NCBI RefSeq assembly: GCF_029537735.1 | Contig: NZ_JARPUQ010000001.1 | Location: forward strand, 776,696 to 840,695 | Source of the DNA: Robiginitalea aestuariiviva | GTDB lineage: Bacteria; Bacteroidota; Bacteroidia; Flavobacteriales; Flavobacteriaceae | Direction of reading: 5' to 3' | Length of the DNA stretch: 64,000 nt | Part shown: one piece after another, positions 41,101 to 49,410 of the stretch | Position numbering within the stretch: position 1 is the first letter of the stretch | Layout of the letters: each line of letters starts with the position of its first letter | The notes under the pieces: model-generated | The model's database searches: none | What the model saw: only the letters and a program-made list of their open reading frames with translations | Told to the model about the DNA's origin: nothing | Translations under genes and position numbers: made by a program

Positions 41101-41307
41101 AAACCTGTATCGGGTGAACGCTTAGTAAAGCTGGATATCACGACGGAAGAAAATGGCATGTCTAGCCAAATTGTCCGAATTCAAAAAAATGAGTTAGAAG
41201 CCAGAGCTGATCGCATATCAGAAATTGAAGCCTTGCTAGAAAAAGAAAATAGCATGAAAATTCCTATATTGACTGAACTCCTCCGAAAAGCACTTACCAA
41301 TGAGTAA
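38098..41307 (+). CDS. Large P-loop NTPase (1069 aa), uncharacterised
   Basis: Walker A GSYGTGKSS (residues about 59-67), Walker B LLVIIIDEFGK about 100 aa downstream. Long alpha-rich C-terminal region with no recognisable domain. Start probably ATG 38128 (11-nt overlap with the upstream gene). Confidence 0.65.
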   Translation: MINGKYLMNFMPNNYSTSVNVIRDENIDFNYIPTPNASKAALDIFNNIRVTHAFNIIGSYGTGKSSFLWALEKSLKGEKPYFGLNRGNFNDSFGFIKLIGEYASLRSSFNEYFGIKEDYKGNQLLFEKIFEEYEKLNSGLLVIIIDEFGKHLEYASKNSPEEEIYFIQKLAEFVNAPNRNIILITSQHQNFNAYSQGLEEVLAIEWRKIEGRFKQILFNEPIEQLLHLAFRGIQKPNQNIAQSELLDLLSSHHLFKCSKAQLQEIVEGIYPFDIISIYALAICIQKYGQNERSLFNFLNSDTFLQAEKGAKRISLDFIYDYVYSEFYSFIVSKVNPDYSHWAIIKDSIERAESLVEGEQDTALKLIKSIGLLNLLATKGARIDLSFLKSYYSNIKNLTSGIKELEAYQIIRYNKFSHSYKLFEGTDLDINHALATAQNQIDASIDIYSRLGAHLNLKPVIAKAISFNKGTPRIFEFIISNTPVSKIPIGEVDGYINLILNNELDITNLIQSFEANDEAILFGILSKSHEIELSLIEIEKVETVLKNATNQHDKIAQRELKSIKESHLKLLEHYVTKSFYNGNIRWFDNTEELTFQNIGALNQRLSLICQRVYHATPTFYHELINRHKVSGSISTARNNLFKALVQSWEEENFGFPEKKWPAEKTIYYSLLKRTGIHRKQENQFELGRPEEVSFHALWDTCDSFLGESVHYPLPITELQERLKTKPFKLKEGFIDFWIPIFLFIRRSDFALYKEGKYLPQIKDNTLHFLIRSPKDFALKGFQLSDLRLELFNRYRAFLHGKKVSRFNNSSFIETIRPLLTFYQGLPDYSKKTNSISLEVKQFREAIVSAKDPENTFFVDIPNALGYNAELLVNDSKNFDVYIQKLQSAIEELRTAFQALIERLEACFQEEVFKEKLEFPEYKLRLIDRYSNIRDYKLNNALRNFINRLGAPIDDRDSWISSLSFVVLNKPLEQLLDTEEPLLKEKFIEIFRSLDNLSDLSNTKPVSGERLVKLDITTEENGMSSQIVRIQKNELEARADRISEIEALLEKENSMKIPILTELLRKALTNE

Positions 41308-42439
41308 TGTAAGGCATGTACTAGGAATCTCCGGAGGCAAGGATAGCGCAGCCTTAGCGATCTATCTGCACGAGAAATATCCTCAGATAGACTTTGAGTA
41401 TTATTTCTGTGACACAGGGAAAGAATTAGATGAGACTTATCAATTAATTGAAAAGCTGGAGTCTTATTTAGGTAAATCAATCCTAAAACTCGAAAATGAG
41501 GAATTGCATGGATTGAATGAAGACCCCTTCGATTATTACTACAAAATTTTTCGAGGTTACCTCCCCTCATCTCAAGCTCGTTGGTGTACGGCAATGATGA
41601 AGCTAAAACCCTTCGAAAATTTCGTACAAAACGATCCTACTCTTTCGTATGTGGGTATCCGAGGTGACGAGGATCGGGAAGGATATATTTCTAGGCAAGA
41701 AAATATTCAGTCCATCTTCCCATTTCGTAAAAATATTTGGAGCGTAGATGTGCTCAACTTGATTTTTAATCCTAGCAATATTGATCACATTCTCGATTGT
41801 TATAACGAGTATTTAAGCGGTGACAAATTGGATTATGTGCATCATGTTTTTTCTAAACCTATCCCATTTGACCGAAATAGAAGGGCTGAAAAAAATGCAC
41901 TAATAAAAGAAAGTACTGAAAGTCTTCTAAACCTGGGTGTTCCGGAATTCAATCATGTCGTTTTCAAATTCCTTAAATCGACAAACTATAGCGTCGCCTT
42001 ATTGGATGATTTTCCACTCTTAGACAACGAAGATGTTTTGATTCGAGATGATATCTTCAAAATCCTTGAAGAAAGACCAGTGGGTGTCCCGAAATACTAC
42101 GAAAAGATTCCTTTCGAGGTCGATGGTCAAAAAGGAGAATATGCAAGAAGTCGTTCCGGTTGTTATTTCTGTTTCTTTCAGCAAAAAATAGAATGGGTTT
42201 GGCTTTATGAACAACATCCCAATTTGTTTAGGAAAGCCATGCATTATGAAAATGTAGATGAACATTTTACTTGGACATCCGATGAAAGTTTAGAGGAATT
42301 AATCCAACCTGAAAGAATCCGCCAAATTAAGCTGGATCATATTCATAGATCCAATCGTGAAAAGTCAAATAATTCCCCCTTTCTGATTGACATTTTGGAA
42401 GGTACCGAAAGGGATGGGTGTAATACTTGTTTTTTGTAG
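41300..42439 (+). CDS. PP-loop ATP-pyrophosphatase of the PAPS-reductase family (DndC/BrxP-like)
   Basis: SGGKDS PP-loop motif at residues 11-16 (LGISGGKDSAALA). C-terminal Cys cluster (CYFCFF...CNTCF). 8-nt overlap with the upstream ATPase gene. Confidence 0.8.
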   Translation: MSNVRHVLGISGGKDSAALAIYLHEKYPQIDFEYYFCDTGKELDETYQLIEKLESYLGKSILKLENEELHGLNEDPFDYYYKIFRGYLPSSQARWCTAMMKLKPFENFVQNDPTLSYVGIRGDEDREGYISRQENIQSIFPFRKNIWSVDVLNLIFNPSNIDHILDCYNEYLSGDKLDYVHHVFSKPIPFDRNRRAEKNALIKESTESLLNLGVPEFNHVVFKFLKSTNYSVALLDDFPLLDNEDVLIRDDIFKILEERPVGVPKYYEKIPFEVDGQKGEYARSRSGCYFCFFQQKIEWVWLYEQHPNLFRKAMHYENVDEHFTWTSDESLEELIQPERIRQIKLDHIHRSNREKSNNSPFLIDILEGTERDGCNTCFL

Positions 42440-43518
42440 TCATGGACTATCATTTTAAATCAATGAAAATAAGCGATATCGTAGACTTGATAGACAAAGA
42501 CAAAGTCAATCTATCGCCTTATTATCAACGCAAGGATATTTGGACGAAAAATGATCAGGAAGCACTAATTGATTCTATTCTTAACAACTATCCATTACCA
42601 AATTTATTTATTTATAATAATGAAGGGATAATGGAAGTCGTTGATGGTCAACAAAGAATTAGAACTATTTATCGGTTTGTTAAAAACAATATTTCATCTT
42701 CCAGGGGTGAATATTTCAATTCTATTAAAAAAGAAGAATTCCTAAATTATAAGCTTCCTATTATCGAAATATTCAACTTGGATGCCGATGATGATATAGC
42801 TGAATTCTATGTTTTAGTTAATAAAAAAGGTAAGCACTTAACAACACCTGAATTATATAAAGCTGAGTTTCATGACAAAAAATTTATGAAGCTCGCTGAA
42901 GAGATTTTGGATGAGCAATCATTCATTGACCTCAATTTGTTTACAGAGGCAAGCTCAAAAAGAATGAATGATAGAAGCTATGTTGAAGAATTATTGGCCT
43001 ATTTGAAATACGGAATACAGGACAAAAAATCAAATATTGAAACTATATATAAGAACGATATTAGTGACGAGGAGTATGAATTTCTAAAGGACCTTTTTAT
43101 AAAAGTTTTAACCCCGATTCACGCTTTAAATGATGTCCATAATTTGAGCAGGACACGATATAAACAAAAGAATGATTTCTATACTTTGTTCAACTTTGTT
43201 CATCAAAATTTAAATCAGGATCTCAAAACATTCAAAGCACAATATAAAGTCCTCTTGTTAATTTCAGAATATATATCTCCTTCAAACGACGATTGTGAAC
43301 CTCTTAAGAACTATGCTTTGGATTGTGTTTCACAATCCAATTCCAAAAAAGCGCGGGAAAGGAGATTGATGTTTTTCAATTACATTTTAAAGAACAAATC
43401 TGAATCATTAGAGGATAATGAAGTTCTTGGTGAGATTGCCAATTACATTGAAAAAGGACAATTTTTCCCCTTTACCTTAAATAAGGTAGATGAATATTAC
43501 TTGTTAGATATTAAATGA
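42427..43518 (+). CDS. DUF262 (ParB-like/GmrSD N-terminal-like) domain protein
   Basis: DGQQR motif (VVDGQQRIRTI) preceded by an NYPLPNLF segment. 363 aa. Start possibly ATG 42442. Confidence 0.75.
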   Translation: MFFVVMDYHFKSMKISDIVDLIDKDKVNLSPYYQRKDIWTKNDQEALIDSILNNYPLPNLFIYNNEGIMEVVDGQQRIRTIYRFVKNNISSSRGEYFNSIKKEEFLNYKLPIIEIFNLDADDDIAEFYVLVNKKGKHLTTPELYKAEFHDKKFMKLAEEILDEQSFIDLNLFTEASSKRMNDRSYVEELLAYLKYGIQDKKSNIETIYKNDISDEEYEFLKDLFIKVLTPIHALNDVHNLSRTRYKQKNDFYTLFNFVHQNLNQDLKTFKAQYKVLLLISEYISPSNDDCEPLKNYALDCVSQSNSKKARERRLMFFNYILKNKSESLEDNEVLGEIANYIEKGQFFPFTLNKVDEYYLLDIK

Positions 43519-44522
43519 GTATTGTGAAAATTACTTTCCCAAAAACAATAGTCATTAATAAATATGTAATTAGGATAGATCTATCCAAACCTTTCATGAA
43601 TATCGTCAATATAGATGGGGTGGATTATATACCATATTACTTAGATAACCATTCGCCAGGAAATAGAGGAGGTAATTCTCATGTCCTAAAGCTAATTGAA
43701 GCACAATCCTTCGATGAGGATGAAGGCTATCCCGATGAACCTGATTTAGTTATAAAAATCTGCAACTCAGAAAAAGGGAGAAAGCGTGAGGATAACAGGA
43801 GTAAAAGATTTGATATAGAAATTCAGGCTTTACTTGAGTGTTCTGCTAAACGTATACCTAATCTAATGAAAATATATCACAATGGATTGGCGCAAATTGA
43901 AGACAAACGAGGATTAAAGTGCCAGCATAGGTTCTATACTATGCAATATGCGGCATGCGATTTATCTACATATCTTGCTAATAATAAGCTGAGCCTGATT
44001 GATAAAATTCAACTTTTAATTGATATCGCCAATTCACTGAAGAATCTTTGGGAGTTAAAGTATTATCATAGGGATCTCAAGCCTGATAACATTCTTTTTA
44101 TTGACAATGAATGGGTTATTTCAGATTTGGGATTAATCGATAAGAGGGATGAAAATTTTGAAATCGATAAACCAGCAGAATGGATTGGTCCAAGAGGTTG
44201 GATGAGTCCCGAATCAATGAACAAATTTTTGTGTGAAGGGAGGCCTTGGGAAAGTCATCATGACTGTAAGATCGATCATAGTTCAGATCTATATCAGCTT
44301 GGTAAGATTTATTGGTTTATTCTTCAAGGTAACTCACCAGAAGGTGGCATTAGACGTTCAGATTTTCAAATTCAAGATGAAGGGCTTTATCAAATCATTA
44401 GAACTTTGCTGAACAATTCGAAAAATCGAAGAATTTCTGATATAGAAGACTTAATAGGCTTATTAAAAAGGCAATATTTTAGATCTATCGAAAAATATTC
44501 CTTTCAAAAGTCCATAGCTTAG
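43515..44522 (+). CDS. Hanks-type Ser/Thr protein kinase-like protein
   Basis: Glycine-rich loop GNRGGNSHV, beta3 Lys LVIKIC, alphaC Glu EIQAL, catalytic loop YHRDLKPDNILF, DLG (DFG variant), SPE (APE variant). 4-nt overlap with the upstream gene. Confidence 0.75.
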   Translation: MSIVKITFPKTIVINKYVIRIDLSKPFMNIVNIDGVDYIPYYLDNHSPGNRGGNSHVLKLIEAQSFDEDEGYPDEPDLVIKICNSEKGRKREDNRSKRFDIEIQALLECSAKRIPNLMKIYHNGLAQIEDKRGLKCQHRFYTMQYAACDLSTYLANNKLSLIDKIQLLIDIANSLKNLWELKYYHRDLKPDNILFIDNEWVISDLGLIDKRDENFEIDKPAEWIGPRGWMSPESMNKFLCEGRPWESHHDCKIDHSSDLYQLGKIYWFILQGNSPEGGIRRSDFQIQDEGLYQIIRTLLNNSKNRRISDIEDLIGLLKRQYFRSIEKYSFQKSIA

Positions 44523-44527
44523 TAAAG

Positions 44528-45130
44528 ATGAATAGTTTAATCTCATCATTCTCATTTTATGAGATTCTAAGAATATTACTTCCCGGGACATACCTTTATT
44601 TGGGATTAAAGGAGTCAATTATCGGCGAAATAGCTAGAAACTTAAATACTGATCCTGGGATTTACCAAAACACTTTAGTTGAGGTTATTTTAATTTGTGT
44701 GTTTGGATTGTTTATCTATGCTTGGGATTTTCCAAAAATGTTCAAGAAATTTCAAAAAGATCTACCCACAAATAAAATTCAAAAAATTACGGGCATCGAA
44801 TACAAAAAGGTGTTAATTAATTATTATGATTTCTATTCGACATTATCAGAAAGTGAAAAATTAAAGACTGAGAAATATAGTGGATTCTTTCACCTCAGTG
44901 TAAACCTTTCATGCTGTGCCTTTTTTCTTATTTGCCTTGAAATCATTTCAATAATGAAAATGGGTTTAACCAATTTTTTATTGTTGAATATCTTGATTTT
45001 TGTATTATCTATCTCAACGGTATTTTTGATCTATACTAGAAGACTAAAAGTTGCTTTTATTAGGCATTTGGACCAACATTTTGAGTCGAAATACTTTCAA
45101 AAATTACAATCAGGAATTAATAACCCCTAA
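44528..45130 (+). CDS. Four-TM integral membrane protein, hypothetical (possible effector)
   Basis: Four hydrophobic segments (ILRILLPGTYLYLGL, VEVILICVFGLFIYAW, CCAFFLICLEIISIM, LLLNILIFVLSISTVFLIY). Last gene of the plus-strand operon. Confidence 0.5.
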   Translation: MNSLISSFSFYEILRILLPGTYLYLGLKESIIGEIARNLNTDPGIYQNTLVEVILICVFGLFIYAWDFPKMFKKFQKDLPTNKIQKITGIEYKKVLINYYDFYSTLSESEKLKTEKYSGFFHLSVNLSCCAFFLICLEIISIMKMGLTNFLLLNILIFVLSISTVFLIYTRRLKVAFIRHLDQHFESKYFQKLQSGINNP

Positions 45131-47616
45131 TCCTCTAGTCCTTGCATCATCTCTTCCATACCTCCAAAATTCAAAATAAAAGTGGAATAATAATGATCAA
45201 AAAGATCCTTTAGGTATTGTCCTAATTCCACATGCTCTAATTCCTCCTTACCCTCCATTTTCTGGCGAATCTCATACCCGCGATTTTTACTAATTGTATA
45301 TAAGAACAGAGTATGGAAATAAACAGAAGTATAAAACTTCCTATTCGCCAGTTCCAATTGCTCTTGGTTGGGATTTTTATACTTAGAGATAAAGTTTCTT
45401 AGGACAGCCGAATCCATATTTATAAAAATGGATTTCAAAACGTCTCCCTCGGCCTCAGGCACCATGACCGTCTGCCAATCTATTGCCAATCCTGTTGCCT
45501 CTTCTACCGCTTCCCATGCAACTTGAGCTTCAATTTCAGGATTCGGTTCCTTATATGTGAATATTAGTTGTGGTAGGCCTAATGGCTCTTGCCCTTCGTC
45601 CTCCTTGGGTTTCTTTTCCTTAGGCTTTTCTTTGTCTGCAATTTTCACCCAAAAAATTTCATCAAAGTCTTTCCCAGGACTTGTTAGGGTAACCTTCATT
45701 TGAACGGCATCGCCCACTGAAACCTCATCTTTTGGATTCAGGGAGATCTTTATGGTTCCTCTATTTGGACTACTTCGAACGATATTAAATAACTCGGATG
45801 GCTCCTTTGGCTCCCCTGGTTTATTCCCACCTTGAGTCTCATTATTCTGAATATTTAGAATGGCAATCTGAAGATCACCTGGTTCCTCAATACGATCAAA
45901 ATAGTCGTTTTCTACATCCGTAGTAAACTTGATGATTCGCTCCCCTCCCAAGGGGATTTTAGTGATTTCCGTTTTACCATCGTTTCTCGCCTCTACCTTA
46001 AACTGTGATGGGAATCGTTGGGGATTAAATGGCACTACTTCTTTCTCGTGTTTAGAAGGCCTTTTATTCTGTTTTGATTTCTTATCCTTTTCGAGATCTA
46101 ATTTGAATGTCTGATTAAGTAATTTTAAAAGATCAGAATCCAATGGTAAATCCTTGGTGAAGCTTTTTAATAATTCCCCTGTGTTTGAAGAGGTATCTAT
46201 GTTTACCGCTTCCTTCCTTCTCTTTTCAATTTCAGCCAGCCGCCCATCTTTTTTACTTAGTTGGGTTGCCAAATACTGTCTGAGATATTGTGTTTCATCG
46301 CCGTCCTTAAGGCGATCCCTTGAGGCCATAAAGAGTTCTTTGCGGAACTCATACTTCATCTCTGTACAATCCACATGAATAAGCAAATGGTTCTTAAGGA
46401 GATTTAGTTTTAAAGACCTTGTGATGAACTCAGAGGTGTAATTTCCGTGAACCTGTCCGTTTAATGAAAACATTACAGACATATAGTTCTTGAAGTATCT
46501 GTTCTGAATAACTTCCTTGGAACGTTTTAAATCAAAGTCTCGAATTTTCGTTTTAAATACGAAACAGGAAACTTTCATCTTCCCTATTGTATCGTCTTCA
46601 AATATCTCCGAAAATTTGTCGTCTAAATATTCTGATTCTTCGCTGGTTAACCTTCGTTTAAGTCCATACAAATCTTGAACCAATACCTTGTTATTAGGGT
46701 ACCTTTCTGCAGTATCTTTTGTAAGGATTGGGAGTGCAGGACTGAACAAAAACTCATTTATGCTTTGATTCAGGTCTTGCGCAAAACCAGAATACCCCTT
46801 AGGAAACTGATACGAATACATCTTAATAATGGTTCCTGTCTGGAATAACCTGTCTTCCAATCCGAGATCCAATTGAGTAATTGGAAAAGAAGGAATTTTA
46901 CCATCAATTAATAGATACTCATACCAAGTTTCCTTTGCATGGTCAGATTCCCTTTTGGGGTGTTCCCGAATAAGGGTAAAACCAAAATCACCATCATTAG
47001 TGAATCGCTTTGAGGCAATTAACTGATACCGTTTTTTCCCACAAAAAACAATAGCACCACTTCCTCCCATATTGTACTTACCCTGAACAAAATGTACATC
47101 ATTCTTATTACCTCTTAGTAAGGACAGAAAGGTGTTTTCAAAATCGGCCGGATGTTGACCTTCGCCATTATCGTAGACCAAAACCGAGGTTGGATATTGG
47201 CTTCTTTGAGTACGTGGACCCTTTCCATCGGCGATGATTTGAATATCCTGTGCCTGTTTCCGTCTAAAGCTTTGAAGATCCCAATTATTATCAGGAAAAA
47301 ATAATTCGATTGCCTCGTCCATTGATTTAGGAGCATTCTCGGAGGCTGGATCTATTTTCTCTTCTTGACATCTTTTGGTCAGAAGTGCATCAATAGAATT
47401 GGTAACTTTCTCAATTAGAGCCGCTACTGGATTGGATTGTTGGTTCTTTACAACACCATAATTGCTTTTATTGTTGCCGAGAGGTTTCCAATTGGAATCT
47501 TCGAAAATTTTTGGTGATTCATCAATAATGGCAACGAGATCCTCCTCATCTTTTGCGTGGAAAAGTTGGAAAAAGATCTTTTCCGTTTCTATCTTTTTCA
47601 TTCGCGCTGAATACAA
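45127..47616 (-). CDS. GHKL-superfamily (Bergerat-fold) ATPase, 829 aa
   Basis: N-box AALIEKVTNSIDALL (ExxxNxxDA), G1 box LVYDNGEGQ (DxGxG), G2 box GKYNMGGSGA. Long C-terminal region uncharacterised. Convergent with the plus-strand operon (4-nt overlap of stops). Confidence 0.7.
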   Translation of the reverse strand: MYSARMKKIETEKIFFQLFHAKDEEDLVAIIDESPKIFEDSNWKPLGNNKSNYGVVKNQQSNPVAALIEKVTNSIDALLTKRCQEEKIDPASENAPKSMDEAIELFFPDNNWDLQSFRRKQAQDIQIIADGKGPRTQRSQYPTSVLVYDNGEGQHPADFENTFLSLLRGNKNDVHFVQGKYNMGGSGAIVFCGKKRYQLIASKRFTNDGDFGFTLIREHPKRESDHAKETWYEYLLIDGKIPSFPITQLDLGLEDRLFQTGTIIKMYSYQFPKGYSGFAQDLNQSINEFLFSPALPILTKDTAERYPNNKVLVQDLYGLKRRLTSEESEYLDDKFSEIFEDDTIGKMKVSCFVFKTKIRDFDLKRSKEVIQNRYFKNYMSVMFSLNGQVHGNYTSEFITRSLKLNLLKNHLLIHVDCTEMKYEFRKELFMASRDRLKDGDETQYLRQYLATQLSKKDGRLAEIEKRRKEAVNIDTSSNTGELLKSFTKDLPLDSDLLKLLNQTFKLDLEKDKKSKQNKRPSKHEKEVVPFNPQRFPSQFKVEARNDGKTEITKIPLGGERIIKFTTDVENDYFDRIEEPGDLQIAILNIQNNETQGGNKPGEPKEPSELFNIVRSSPNRGTIKISLNPKDEVSVGDAVQMKVTLTSPGKDFDEIFWVKIADKEKPKEKKPKEDEGQEPLGLPQLIFTYKEPNPEIEAQVAWEAVEEATGLAIDWQTVMVPEAEGDVLKSIFINMDSAVLRNFISKYKNPNQEQLELANRKFYTSVYFHTLFLYTISKNRGYEIRQKMEGKEELEHVELGQYLKDLFDHYYSTFILNFGGMEEMMQGLED

Positions 47617-47666
47617 TTATTAAACTTGCTGCTCTTACTTCTGACGCTTAACTATTTGCTTTAATT

Positions 47667-47888
47667 CTATTGTTTTATGAAAATATCTAATAGCTCTCTG
47701 AGCTCTTTCGCCTTCTGTTTGTCGAACTGAATATTCTGTTTTGACCCTCGCCCCCTTGTTAAATCGCCCATAGCATAAGTTCTTATTTGCATCCAATGTT
47801 TTTCGATAATAACATCCCCTATCACACTCCCTTGGCGAATACTAATGTTATCCTCTGTTTCTTTGATAATTCTTCCTAAAACTGCCAT
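47667..47888 (-). CDS. Small hypothetical protein upstream of the GHKL ATPase gene
   Basis: 73-aa ORF starting MAVLGRIIKETEDN...; AT-rich codon usage like the rest of the island; no recognisable motif. Confidence 0.3.
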   Translation of the reverse strand: MAVLGRIIKETEDNISIRQGSVIGDVIIEKHWMQIRTYAMGDLTRGRGSKQNIQFDKQKAKELRELLDIFIKQ

Positions 47889-48056
47889 GATTTTATTTTC
47901 AAATAGTATGATATCTAGAATAACATTGTGCCGGATTCGAAATAAACCCCGCCCATAATTGAACATGGATAATAGCCTAATTCGTAAAAATCCCTCTCAC
48001 ATCTCATGAGTTAGAGCTGAGTTCACTCCTGGATTCGATATGAAGTTAGCTTCGGC

Positions 48057-49394
48057 TTAAAACTTCCGATACTTCCCCTTTAAAAACTTATTCGCCTTCC
48101 CTTCCTTAAAGCGGGCTTTTTTGGCATCCCAATGCAGGGTTTCCCCGGGGAAGTTGCCGGCAATGACGCCTAAGAGGATGGTTTCGGTCAGGCGGGCGGC
48201 ATAGCTAAAGGGGGCAGAGGTTTCGCCCTTGCCCAGGCAGGCGTCCACAAACTGGTGGTAGTGCTTGGGGCTCTCGGTGGCGTAATTGCGAATGGGGGTG
48301 CCCAGGTTGTATTTGGCCACGTCTATGTCCTGATACTGCCCATCTACAATCAGCTTGGGTTCCAGCATAAAGTGCGGGAGGTAGAGGCGGCCCTTTTCGC
48401 CCATAAACATCGCGCCCTGGTCGTGCAGGGCCTCGCCTCCGGGGAGTTCCAGGTCCGGATGGGGGGCGGGGGCGCCGGGGCCGTCGGACCAGATCCAGGT
48501 AAGGGTTTCCGCCGTTTGGGGCGTGCCCGGGAATTCATAGGTTACCGTATTGTTTTCCGGGTAGCCAAAGCCATTGGGCGGGCGGCAATCCGTCTTGATG
48601 GTGCGGGGTACGTCCAGTTCCAGGGCGTTGTAGGGGGTGTCGAAGATGTGCACGCCCATATCGCCCAGGGTGCCGCAGCCGTAGTCCACAATCTTACGCC
48701 AGTTGGTGGGGTGGTAAAAGCCTTCCTTGTACGGGCGTTCCGGGGAGGTGCCCAGCCAGAGGTTCCAGTCCAGGGTTTCCGGTACGGGGTCTGCCCCTTC
48801 CGGCACCGGGCCGTTGTAGCCCCAGGTCTTGGGGCTCCAGGCGCGTACGGTGTGCACCTTGCCAATAATGCCGTCGCGAATCAGCAGGGTGCCCAGCATA
48901 TAGTCGTAAAAGCTGTGTACCTGTATGCCCATCTGGGTGACCAGGCCTTTTTCCTCGGCCAGTTTTTTCATGTCGCGGGACTCGGACACAAAGTGGGTAA
49001 GGGGCTTCTGGCAGTACACCGGCTTGTCCATCTCCATGGCCATCATGGCTACGGGGGCGTGCATGTGGTCCGGGGTGGCTACAATAACGGCGTCAATGCC
49101 GTCTCCCATTTCCTTGAGCATTTCCCGGTAGTCCTTGTAGGTCTTGGCGCCGGGGTGCAGGGCCAGGCAGCGTTCCAGGTTGTTCTGGTCCACATCGCAG
49201 AGGGCCACCACATCTACCTGGGGGTGGGAGGAAATGTCCCGCAGGTCGTCAAACCCCTGGAAGCCCAGGCCTACGTGGGCGGTGCGCAGGCGCGCATCCG
49301 GACCCAGGTGTTTCATGTTTTGTAAAAAGGAGGGGGCCAGGGCTACCCCAAGGGCGCCCAGGCTGCTTTTCTTGATAAAATCCCGTTTGTTCAT
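48057..49394 (-). CDS. Gfo/Idh/MocA-family oxidoreductase with Tat-like signal
   Basis: MNKRDFIKKSSLGALGVALAPSF (Tat-like), Rossmann GLGFQG; 445 aa. Confidence 0.85.
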   Translation of the reverse strand: MNKRDFIKKSSLGALGVALAPSFLQNMKHLGPDARLRTAHVGLGFQGFDDLRDISSHPQVDVVALCDVDQNNLERCLALHPGAKTYKDYREMLKEMGDGIDAVIVATPDHMHAPVAMMAMEMDKPVYCQKPLTHFVSESRDMKKLAEEKGLVTQMGIQVHSFYDYMLGTLLIRDGIIGKVHTVRAWSPKTWGYNGPVPEGADPVPETLDWNLWLGTSPERPYKEGFYHPTNWRKIVDYGCGTLGDMGVHIFDTPYNALELDVPRTIKTDCRPPNGFGYPENNTVTYEFPGTPQTAETLTWIWSDGPGAPAPHPDLELPGGEALHDQGAMFMGEKGRLYLPHFMLEPKLIVDGQYQDIDVAKYNLGTPIRNYATESPKHYHQFVDACLGKGETSAPFSYAARLTETILLGVIAGNFPGETLHWDAKKARFKEGKANKFLKGKYRKF

Positions 49395-49410
49395 ATCGGT
49401 CGGTTTGGGT

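Larger units (their letters stand above)
37165..48056. other. AT-rich (about 30-35% GC versus about 60% flanks) horizontally acquired island of about 10.9 kb carrying a candidate defence/DNA-modification gene set
   Basis: Abrupt compositional shift visible directly in the sequence at both borders. Codon usage of the 9 ORFs is AT3-biased, unlike all other genes in the window. No tRNA, integrase or transposase seen. Confidence 0.85.

Noticed and set aside
48255-49325. 356-aa plus-strand ORF opposite the Gfo/Idh/MocA gene
   Set aside because: Artefact; minus strand has Tat signal and Rossmann motif.
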